DNA of 64,000 bases from assembly GCA_002269645.1 (NCBI GenBank), contig NIVC01003689.1, forward strand, positions 1 to 64,000, read 5' to 3'. Each line of letters opens with the position of its first letter. Positions within the stretch are counted from its first letter, which is position 1. The notes beneath the pieces are model-generated. The model saw only the letters and a list, made by a program, of their open reading frames with translations. It did not search any database and had not been told where the DNA came from. This stretch comes from Macrostomum lignano. Its lineage: Eukaryota. The position numbers and the translations under genes were made by a program. Shown here piece after piece: positions 1-11,600 of this stretch.

Positions 1-294
1 AAAGGCTAAATGCCTTTGTTATCTAATTAGTACTACACCTATATTTTGGTACAAAAATTCAATGCAACATGTTCTATGTTGCCTCACATTTTTGAGCTAT
101 AATTTTAGACCCCATGTTGCATGTTTGCAGTTTTCTACACTTATATTTCAATAAATTTGCATAGGATAATTCTATATTTATATATAAATTTCATATTTGA
201 ATTACTGGACCATCTAGGGATACATATTAAATCAGGCTAGATGGCCAGCTTGCTCAGCTTTAGATATAAAATATTAATAGAAAAACCATGTTTA

Positions 295-1918
295 GGGCCA
301 TTCCATATAATTATGGTTGTAACATGACAGACTATTTTTACTTATTAAAATGAAATCTAATAATAGAATATACTAAACCAATATTTGGAATGAAAGATTA
401 TTTTGTCAAGAATATGTTTATAAAGTTTCATATAGATATCATCAAATAGTATAGATGCTATTAAACCTTGAATGGCACTTATGGTCGTAACAACAAGTTT
501 TTTAACATATAGAGACTAAAAAGGTAAAAGTCTTATAACATTTTTCATTTTTAATATTTTGCAATAATTTTTTTTAATTTGACTAAGAACATCTTTAGAA
601 GTCATACTCTTTATTAGAATATATAAACTCAAAAAGGCAACAAATATACAAAAGAAAAGGCAGCCTTATGGTCATAACATTATGGTCATAACATTTTTTT
701 CTGTCAATTCAGTAACTTTGAGGCATTAATATATTCAAAATATAATAAATTATATGGTTGCTAATGTTTTTATCTGATGATGCAAGTAGGCCTACTATAA
801 TTTAATACATAGTTTGTTTTAACTTTCTAAAGCTTTCTATTTGTTTTTAAAAGGTACATAAACTTAATGATGTCTTTTTCTTAGAAAATGTCCAATTTTT
901 TTACAAAAATAACTTTTTGCCAATTGATAACATACTAATCCAACATTTTACGAGGGGTGTCCCAAAAGTTCCCGGAATGTCTAACATAGCTCTTCAACAG
1001 AGCCATGAAATTTCACGCCCATGGTGTCAAATGAAAAGAAATTTTGTCACAAAGAATACAAAGTTAAAATCATGTTGATATCTTTTTTTATTCAAGAGCT
1101 ACAGCAAGAAACGTGCGCAAAGGTCAGGGGTAGTGTTACACAACCTCAACAATCTATGGCAATAATTTTTTCATCTCCATTTTTGGAGTTTTTCATTTTG
1201 AATTCGTGCTACTGACGTGTCAGAAAGACGTGGTAGTGTCTATGGAAAAAAGCAGAAATGCTCATAAAGCTAATCTGAGCTTTTGCGCGAGTGCAGATAA
1301 TTCGTATCAAGCGCTTGCCTTCAACTTGAAATTTCTTTGCAAAAATGAGTTCTCTTCAGAGCCTTGAAAGTCAGCAAAGTCAAGTTTTTGCCCTTTGGTC
1401 AGTAGGATGGAGTGGAGCCAAGATTTCTGACCACTTATTCTCCATCCACAGTGAGAACAGCCTGAAAAAAGCTGCAATTTACGGATGGATCGAATGCTTT
1501 AGAGATGGCCAGTCTGCTGTGAATGAATTCAAAATGAAAAATTCCAAAAATGGAGATGAAAAAATTATTGCCATAGATTGTTGAGGTTGTGTAACACTAC
1601 CCCTGACCTTTGCGCAAGTTTCTTGCTATAGCTCTTGAATAAAAAAGATATCAACATGATTTTATTTTTGTATTCTTTGTGACAAAATTTCCTTTCATTT
1701 GATACCATGGGCGTGAAATTTCATGGCTCTGTTGAAGAGCTATGTTAGACATTCCAGGAACTTTTGGGACACCCCTCGTATCATTTATTTATTCTTAGAT
1801 TGTATACATTACATATAAAAAATATTAGGTAAAAAAATTGGCTGATAAGGCAATGACAAGCAAAAATATTGACTTTTTTCTATTTTTCAAAGATGTCTAT
1901 CTTATATGGAATGGGCCT
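295..1918. mobile_element. Probable PIF/Harbinger (Tourist-like) MITE hosting a nested mariner MITE
   Basis: 16-bp imperfect TIR (GGGCCATTCCATATAA at 295-310; reverse complement at 1902-1917), TTA/TTT(A) flanks consistent with a TWA TSD, repeated internal motif TTATGGTC(G/A)TAACA, AT-rich non-coding interior. Confidence 0.45.
951..1778 (+). mobile_element. Mariner-derived MITE (internally deleted) retaining a transposase N-terminal HTH remnant
   Basis: ~255-bp TIRs (951-1205 / 1525-1778) starting CGAGGGGTGTCCCAAAAGTT, TA on both sides (949-950, 1779-1780). Interior ORF 1345-1584 (LWSVGWSGAKISDHLFSIHSENSLKKAAIYGWIECFRDGQSAV) matches the mariner N-terminal HTH pattern. Confidence 0.88.
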
Positions 1919-2080
1919 TTAGGCAAAAATGATCATAGTGGTCAGTAAGCACAATGCATTATAAAAATATTGAAATTTTAATGTATAAAAAGTGTTATAG
2001 CTTTTTTTATTACATGACTTATTTTCAAAAGTAACATATTTGTGTCATATTTAACATATAAAAAAGTAAAATTTAACATA

Positions 2081-2898
2081 GAGGGGCGTCTAGAAAGTAG
2101 TATTACTATTACTTGGTGTGGATGTATGGAAAGTTGCACTTGCATGAGTTTGGTGTCATTTGAAAGCAGCAAGTCTCTTATTTAAAATGATAGCAATTGC
2201 AAGAGATTTGAATATGTGCTTCAAGAGATATGGATAATTAAGTAGAGAAAGGTCAGTCATAGACTTACACAAGCTAAAATTTAAGCTAAAAATAGCATTC
2301 AGCTTGAATTTTTATCAATTTTTCTCGCATGCATAAACTGTCTATGGCCAAATTTGATGTAGTAAATGAGAGGGGCTGCCTCAGAAAACTAAGACTGCAG
2401 TTGCTGTGCTAAGTCCATAATAGTTGCAATCAATTGGAGAGCAAGGTTAGGGTCCTGTTGCACCAGATTCCAAGAACTCTGGATGTAGACACCATTGACA
2501 AGATGTGAGACCAATCGGAGAAGTGTGTCATGTCTGGTGGTGACTACATTGAGAAGACAACTCTGCCAACCAATGAGTTATTTTAACATTGTTTGCTTGT
2601 ATAACAATTTTGCTTGTTATCATCTGTTATCACCTGTTTTTTACTGTACTTTTGTTGTGTTGTTTGGATTTTCTTGGAGTGATTAATAAGTTTTCTGTAG
2701 ACACAGCTTATGTAAGTCTATGACTGACCTTTCTCTACTTAATTATCCATATCTCTTGAAGCACATATTCAAATCTCTTGCAATTGGTGTCATTTAAAGA
2801 AGAGACTTGCCACTTTCAAATGACACAAAACTCATGCAAGTGCAACTTTCCATAGGTCCACACTGAGTAATAGTAACACTACTTTCCAGATGCCCCTC
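2081..2898 (+). mobile_element. Older mariner-derived MITE retaining a transposase C-terminal remnant
   Basis: ~195-bp TIRs (2081-2275 / 2705-2898) starting GAGGGGCGTCTAGAAAGT. Interior reads ...IPRTLDVDTIDKM*DQSEKCVMSGGDYIEK, matching the mariner C-terminal KC(V/I)xxxGDY(V/I)EK motif. Ends are degraded. Confidence 0.8.
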
Positions 2899-3479
2899 AT
2901 TTATTATAATATATATGTATAGATACTTTAATATTGAGATTTTATTAGATTAGATGAATAGATAAGGATGATATAGATAAGGATCTATATTGATTCTCTT
3001 TTATATAAAAGCAATCCTAATAGTGAAACATTATTGGTAATCTAAAAACCTCAAATTTAATTTTAATAAAAGTATTTTTCTATGGCTTAAAGAATAACAA
3101 AACAAAGCTACATATAACTATAATTAAAAATCAGGGTTTGCCCATTTCTATACTTGATAGGATGTCAATGCATTTTTAGATTTTCAAAAAGATGCCAGTG
3201 TGCTAGCAAAATGTTGTTTTTGCCAGATATCTAATGTCAGAACCTTTACTTTAATAAAGTCATGTGGGATAAACCTAGAACATCAAGATTGCTAATGAAA
3301 AATAAAGTAAAAAATTACAAGCCAATTATAAAACTTAAGCATTTGATTCATATATTCCAACATTGGTATATAATAATGAATCATGTTTAATGATTATGGC
3401 TAATACTAATAAATAAGCTAATTATAATATTTATAATTATTAAACTTAAAATGATGCTTAGATATTGATTCTAGCTAGT

Positions 3480-3900
3480 GTCAGTTAGCCAATTGGAATG
3501 TCTATGATGATTCTGATTTGTATTGATTTGGAATGCTTTTATTGATGTTTAGGTTTTGTATAGGATATTATATGTTAGCCCAGCTGGATTGTCTATGGTA
3601 ATTCCCTGGTCCAAGTTGTATCTAATAAGCAAACTAACCCAACTGGAATGTTTATGGTAATTCCTTGGTCTTTGTTTTATTCAGTGAGCTAATCTATCAG
3701 GAATATCTATGGTAATTTCTCAGTCTCAGCTGTATCCAGTGAGCTAATCCAACTGGAACACCTATTGTCTCTGGTAATTCATTGGTCATTCAGTGAGCTA
3801 ATCTATCTGAAATGTCTATGGTAATTTCTTGGTCTCAGTTTTATTCAGTTAGCCAGCCTAAGTGAAATGTCTATGGTAATTTCTTGGTACCTCATTTTTA
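3480..3900. repeat. Degenerate ~60-bp tandem repeat (core GGAATGTCTATGGTAATT)
   Basis: About 7 diverged copies of the core motif. Confidence 0.65.
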
Positions 3901-5622
3901 TTCAGTAAGCTAATTAGCTAGACAGTGAAGTGTCTGATAATTCATTGGCCTCAAAGGTATCAATCCCTACAAGTTCCTGACTGATTTAAAACTCCTTTCT
4001 GTACTTCTAAAATTTTAGTTTTTTTCTTGCGCGAAAACAGGGCTTATTATTTTAATGACGTGAATCTCTATTCCACATTTTCTCTCGATATCATACAGAA
4101 ATATAGATTTTCTAATGACTTTGCAGCTAGGACTATTGCTCTATGTGTTTTCCTTTTCCGCCTCCAATTTAGGAGCCACGCGCGCGTGTGTGTGGGCGGG
4201 ACTCTGTGGGCCGACTTTTTTGGAAGTGAAACACAAACCTGTTTTTTGGATTATTAGAATGACGCAGTTCTCTAGTTCTTATGCGTAGTTCTATGCATGC
4301 GTGTTGCGAGTTATAGCTATGGTGGATAGATGTTTATAATCGACTCAAATTAATCTATATGCATATTATCATCTCGAATGCATTAATACTCAGTCCAAAT
4401 TTATAAATTATTAGAGAAATTGAAGTAAAGAAAGAGTTTCAGTGGGTTTACAGTTCTTTTCTCTCCTCTTTTGGTTTCCATGGTCTTGAAGCTGGGGGAA
4501 TAGAAAATGCTATATTGATACAGTATAGACTCTGCGCGTGTGTATAATTTGATGGCTTGGCCTGACAAGGGTACCAGAGAATAGCGCGGGCTGGAGGTTG
4601 AGGCACTGCAAATGATAGAAGGAGAGATGAAGATGAAGGGATAGAAGGGAACTGCAATGCCTTGGCGATGGAATAAGGAACATTGCGCGCGCGGTGAAAC
4701 CATTTTCCTATCTATATATATGTATATATACACTGTTTTTTTTCACTTTCCCTCTTTCCCACCACCCAGCCTCCTTCTACCCGGTTTCCAACGTGCATCA
4801 AAGAGCAAAAGAGAAAAAAAACTCGCTGAACAGGGACTTCTAGTTACTAGTAAAACAATTGGACTGGAACGACGCCCCATAGACATTCTCAAATCGGCCG
4901 TCACTCGGTAGTATAAATGAACGTAGTACAGTTGAGATTGTGTACAGTATTCGTTCTAGGCTTATCCCAAGAATCCGATTCAGTTTGCCTTGAGAATGGT
5001 ATACGCGCTAACCGCGGTCAACTCTGCTTAACCTGTGCAGCTTGCTTGCGCTAATTTGCTGATCATATAAATATTCAAATTCTATAGTGATAGCCTCCAG
5101 TTCGGATGGTCGCCTGTCCGATTCCAGTCCAAGTCTCTTTAAAAGTCACCGACCTCGCTTCGCTCTGAAGATATCCCTTTCTGTGCTGCTTTGCCTTGTC
5201 GAAAAAATGCCACCACCACCCCCTTGGGGCAGCCAATAGGGAATAGTCTACAAATGGGTTGCCCTCGCGCACTTAGCTCTCTCCCTCTCTGTTTCGGGAT
5301 CTTAATCCTCTTTCAGCTGGGTAGGGGTTTGTACGTTTTTTCAACTATTAAAAAGAAGATAGAACAGACAAGATAGAGAGACAGAAAACAGGAGAAAAGT
5401 TCCAGTAACTGCATGCACGCAATGCCGTGCAGTGTCAAGGGTTAGCAACTTTTAAAATTGAAAGTTAAGTCCAGACTAAAAAAAGCAAGAGAAAAACAGT
5501 CCAGACTTTCTATTTTATACCTTGCAGTTGGTCAACTCAATTGTTGGCATGGATTTACAACTATAGACATTTTTTTTGAACAGAGAAACACAAACAACAG
5601 AGAAGATCAGAGAAGATAACAG

Positions 5623-8600
5623 TTGGCAGCGTCGCTCTCCATGCCATGCTGCGTTGCTGGCGGCGCCTGTTGCGGCGGTAGCGAGTGGACCAACAATCGC
5701 TTCTATTGCCGCTCTTTGTCCAGTAACAGCGTTGACAACAATGCCAGCAGTTGCTATCGGTTCTGTAGTGAACGAAAGCGAAGATTTAGCAGAAATTCAT
5801 CTGTAATAATTCGTTTTGGAAATATCTTCTTCTGTCTACTGATAATATTAATAGTGTTGAGTTGTTTGGCCTCGGCTAGTGAAGAACCAGCTGATTTCCT
5901 ATCTACAGTGCTGTCAATCTGTCCCAAGACATTTCCTAGTCGAACTCGGCGTAGTCAGCAATCGTTCGATCTGTCATCTGTTACAGCAGAAGTAGACAAT
6001 GTTGATAATAATTCAACATTTGTTGCGCTGACAAATCATAATCTTTTAATTAGCCAGCTCTGTCAGGAGAACTATAATGATAATAATAACCAATCTTCCG
6101 AGTCTGAATTGCTACTCCTAGCTAGATTGTTGAACCGGTTCAATCGCAGTCTGTACGAGTGCCGAATTGTCGCCACCTTCCTATCCAGTATGTTCTGCCC
6201 CAATTCGATGGCTGCTCTAATCTTACTGCCATTTTAACTAAGACACTTTCTGAACGTAATCTGACAGCAGTCCGAGCCGTCAGATCGTTAGCCTGCGACT
6301 GTATTGATCGGCTATTGATTGTATCGGCTGATTTAGAATTTGTATTGGAAAATTTTCATTTGCTTGTTGATCGAATCTATTTTACTAAGTCTTCTGTGGA
6401 CAGGGCGGCGCACCAGAGACAGATGCAGGCCTGTCAGGTGAGTTGCATTTTTAATTGGTCTTCTCTCACATTTTGTTTCCATCTAATGAGTTCTAATCTC
6501 ACTATCCGAATGTATCTATCTCACCGAGATCTGATCTCATTTTGTTAAGACCTCATTTCACTAACGAGATCTAATCTCACCACCCGTGTATCTCTATATA
6601 TCATCGCACTCTATAAAGATCTCATCTCTCTTCACCGAGATATGATCTCATTTTGTCAAGACCTCATCTCACTAACGAGATCTAATCTCAACAACCGTAT
6701 ATCTTTATATCATCGCACTCTATAAAGATCTCATCTCTCTTCACCGAGATCTAATCTCAGTCCATCTATATCTACGTCTCTTCTCTGTCTTCTATTTTCT
6801 CTAACTTAGGTCATCAAATCTCGTCTCACCCTCATTCTATCTGCATGTCTCGCGTCGAGTTGTAGCCAAAAGGGGTTGTAGCCTTGTAGTCAGAGCGTCG
6901 CACTCGCGACTTGAAGGTCGGGGTTTCGATTCCTGATCCTACTGGAACAACTTGTGTCCTTGACCAAGACACTTAACTCTGCATTGCTTCAGTTCACCCA
7001 GCTGTAAAATGGGTGCCAGCATTAGCTGGGGTAATTGAGGGTGTGGGGGGCGACCCGCGACCCCCAATCCTTGGACTGAACAGCCGTACGCAGCCTTCAG
7101 ATGCGCCGCGCAATAGCTGCGGCTGAGCTGTCGGTCAATAATCAATAATTATTTATTACTCGCGTCATCTTGACAGAGTAAGAAATCTATATTCTTTCAA
7201 TGAAATGAAACTTCATTTATTTCATATCTGTAGACTAACCTAATATTTCTGTATCTCTTGGTCCCTTAATCTGTAATATTTTTTCCAAACTGCGTTTGCC
7301 TGCGTTTCATAAGTGGCCGTTAGATAATTAATTTTACGACTGAATCTATCCAAGCTTTTAAAGAAATCAGTTGACGTACAAAAATAAGTTCGATTTATAT
7401 ATTTTTATAATGTTTTATAAAATCATTCTTAAGCTTCTGGACTGTCTGCTGTGTCCGGAAATGAGGCAGATTTGGACTGTCTGGTCTTTCTCAAATTTAA
7501 AATGAGAACGGTGAACGATAAAAAATTACATCTTAGAATGGTAGGCGATAGCAAGGTAGAACGTAAAATTTTATATGGTAGATCAGTAGAATTGTAGATG
7601 CTAAATGGTAGATTGTAGAACGGTAGTCTAGAGTGTAGAAGTAGAACAGTAGAATGGTAGATGGTAGAACGTTAAAGTGTAGAAATCGAACAGTGGATGT
7701 TAGAACGGTAGATGGTAGAATGGTAGTGTAGAACGGTAGATGGTAGAGTGTAGAACTGTGGATGGTAGAATGGTAGAGTGTAGAACTGTAGATGGTAGAA
7801 TGGTAGAGTGTAGAACGGTAGATGGTAGAACGGTAGATAGTAGAATGGTAGATGGTTGATTGTAGAACGGTAAAGCATTAAATGGTAGAGATTTTGGATA
7901 GTAGAACGGTAGATGGTAAAACTTTTCTACCCTATCAGCAGCCTATCCGTACCTTGATCCTGCGAGCACTGATTTTAGGTTAAAATGAATGCATGCTTGA
8001 TTAAAATGAGTGCTCGCAGGTTCAAACTTGGCTTTAAAAAGGTAAAGTGTTGCAATTGAACCAATAATACGTGTATCCTGCCGCCGAAGACTAAATTGCA
8101 TTACCCGCAAGATTAAATAGACTGCTAACTGCCATACGCCTTAAGTTTAAACATTTGGGTCTTGACATTTTGTAGGCTGTAAAACCTCGTAGGTATGCTT
8201 ATGTTATAATATTACACAGTATACAGTATGTACGTTTATAGGTAAAGTTTCGGTATTTTACATCTATACTTATGCCTCTTCTGCAGGCCAGGTGGAAGAG
8301 GCAAACAGATAAAATGCTTTCATGTGTAACTAACTGTACAACAGTTAGCGAGCGGCAGCTGTCCCAGATCTATCCCATCTCTCTCCAGTGCTTTAACTGG
8401 CTTTTTCTCCCTTTCTGTACCTGATGCAGGGGATAGATGAAACTGGGATTCTATCCTAATATCCTTTGGCTTTGCCGTTTTCCATTTAAAATCTAAATAA
8501 TACTTGAAAAATTCTAGTCAAAGAGTTAGTGTTTGACATTCAATACACGGAATTGTTCGTGTTAAGGTGTGTTAAGGATCATAGGGGATTGTTCATCTGG

Positions 8601-11600
8601 TAATGATCATGGGGGATTGTTCATCTGTTAATGATCATGGGGAATTGTTCATCTGGTAATGATCATGGGGGATTGTTCATCTGTTAATGATCATGGGGAA
8701 TTGTTCATCTGGTAATGATCATAGGGGATTGTTCATCTGGTAATGATCATGGGGGATTGTTCATCTGTTAATGATCATGGGGAATTGTTCATCTGGTAAT
8801 GATCATGGGGGATTGTTCATCTGTTAATGATCATGGGGAATTGTTCATCTGGTAATGATCATGGGGAATTGTTCATCTGTTAATGATCATGGGGGATTGT
8901 TCATCTGGTAATGATCATGGGGGATTGTTCATCTGTTAATGATCATGGGGAATTGTTCATCTGGTAATGATCATGGGGGATTGTTCATCTGTTAATGATC
9001 ATGGGGAATTGTTCATCTGGTAATGATCATGGGGGATTGTTCATCTGGTAATGATCATGGGGGATTGTTCATCTGTTAATGATCATGGGGAATTGTTCAT
9101 CTGGTAATGATCATGGGGGATTGTTCATCTGTTAATGATCATGGGGATTGTTCATCTGGTAATGATCATGGGGGATTGTTCATCTGTTAATGATCATGGG
9201 GAATTGTTCATCTGGTAATGATCATGGGGGATTGTTCATCTGGTAATGATCATGGGGAATTGTTCATCTGGTAATGATCATGGGGGATTGTTCATCTGGT
9301 AATGATCATGGGGATTGTTCATCTGTTAATGATCATGGGGAATTGTTCATCTGGTAATGATCATGGGGGATTGTTCATCTGTTAATGATCATGGGGATTG
9401 TTCATCTGTTAATGATCATGGGAAATTGTTCATCTGGTAATGATCATGGGGAATTGTTCATCTGTTAATGATCATGGGGAATTGTTCATCTGGTAATGAT
9501 CATGGGGGATTGTTCATCTGGTAATGATCATGGGGAATTGTTCATCTGGTAATGATCATGGGGGATTGTTTATCTGGTAATGATCATGGGGGATTGTTCA
9601 TCTGTTAATGATCATGGGGAATTGTTCATCTGGTAATGATCATGGGGGATTGTTCATCTGTTAATGATCATGGGGAATTGTTCATCTGGTAATGATCATG
9701 GGGAATTGTTCATCTGGTAATGATCATGGGGGATTGTTCATCTGGTAATGATCATGGGGGATTGTTCATCTGTTAATGATCATGGGGAATTGTTCATCTG
9801 GTAATGATCATGGGGGATTGTTCATCTGTTAATGATCATGGGGAATTGTTCATCTGTTAATGATCATGGGAAATTGTTCACCTGTCAATGATGACGGGGA
9901 ATTGTTCACCTGTCAATGATCATGGAGAATTGTTCATCTGTCAATGATCATGGAGAATTATTCATCTGTCAATGATGACGGGGAATTGTTCACCTGTCAA
10001 TGATCATGGAGAATTGTTCATCTGTCAATGATGACGGGGAATTGTTTATCTGGTAATGATCATGGGGAATTGTTCATCTGTCAAATATCACGGGGAATTA
10101 TTCATCTTCCAAAGCTCACCAGGAAATTAATACGAGTTAGTGGTAGCAGAAAGCAGATAAAGCTCACACAGAATTGCTCGAATGCCGTCTTATTTTATAC
10201 CTAGCTCGATATGTATGGTAAACAGCAATGATGGTGATAATTTGGGGGTTGACCAATACCAACCTCAATGGTCGAATTGCGAAAGAGACGAATACGATAA
10301 AAAACAGAAACAAAAAATCTCTATGTAAAAAATAGCCAGCCAGCGTACAGTGCATGTTTTTTTCTTAATTAATTAACACGGTCTGGCGTCCTTTAACTGT
10401 TCCACTCCATTCGGTGTGTGTTCATTATACACCAACCTCGTGCCTGAGCACTTCTCCCATTCACTTTGGGCACTTTCTTCCCAAGTCAGGCAGACAGCCC
10501 TCTTCAAACATGCTTCATTTAAAGCGGCCTCTCTAATCCTTTTTCCGTCTTCTCTTCCCTTTTTCTTTCCATCTTTATTGCGCTCAGGCTTCTTCGAACT
10601 CAGTTATACATATGTAGCTTTATTATTGATGAGTTCGCGCTTCATTAGCTCCAATTATATCATATATAATTGTAGCGCATTATATTTTCCTCACAAATTG
10701 TGTTCTCTAAGTTTCCTTAGTTCGATTTTCGATGGGCGTCTGTGTATTATAGTCCACTTTTATAATAATAATATATAATAGTCCCACTGTTAGTTTATTA
10801 CTTTTTGCGGCGCTTCAATGCCCATCAGAATCGACTCCCTGCGCTTGATTTTGGGTACGTGAGCCTCCCAGATCCTCAGTTGCTGGGCCAGCCCCAGATC
10901 CTCAGTTGCTGGGCCAGCCCCAGATCCTCAGTTGCTGGGCCGGCCTCCCAGATTCTCAGTTGCTGGGCCAGCCTCCCAGAGTGTCAGTTGCTGGGCCAGC
11001 CTCCCAGATCCTCAGTTGCTGGGCCACCAGCCTCGCAGATCCTCAGTTGCTGGGCCAGCCTCCCAGAGTGTCAGTTGCTGGGCCAGCCTCCCAGAGTGTC
11101 AGTTGCTGGGCCAGCCTCCCAGATCCTCAGTTGCTGGGCCAGCCTCCCAGATCCTCAGTTGCTGGGCCAGCCTCCCAGATCCTCAGTTGCTGGGCCAGCC
11201 TCCCAGATCCTCAGTTGCTGGGCCACCAGCCTCGCAGATCCTCAGTTGCTGGGCCAGCCTCCCAGAGTGTCAGTTGCTGGGCCAGCCTCCCAGAGTGTCA
11301 GTTGCTGGGCCAGCCTCCCAGATCCTCAGTTGCTGGGCCACCAGCCTCGCAGATCCTCAGTTGCTGGGCCAGCCTCCCAGATCCTCAGTTGCTGGGCCAG
11401 CCTCCCAGAGTGTCAGTTGCTGGGCCAGCCTCCCAGATCCTCAGTTGCTGGGCCAGCCTCCCAGATCCTCAGTTGCTGGGCCAGCCTCCCAGATTCTCAG
11501 TTGCTGGGCCAGCCTCCCAGATTCTCAGTTGCTGGGCCAGCCTCCCAGATTCTCAGTTGCTGGGCCAGCCTCCCAGATCCTCAGTTGCTGGGCCAGCCTC

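Noticed and set aside
4027-5400. Short ORFs, an E2F-like GCGCGAAA site and Helitron-like motifs upstream of NALF
   Set aside because: ORFs lack protein-like features, a single 8-mer is not significant, and no hairpin-CTAG terminus was found.
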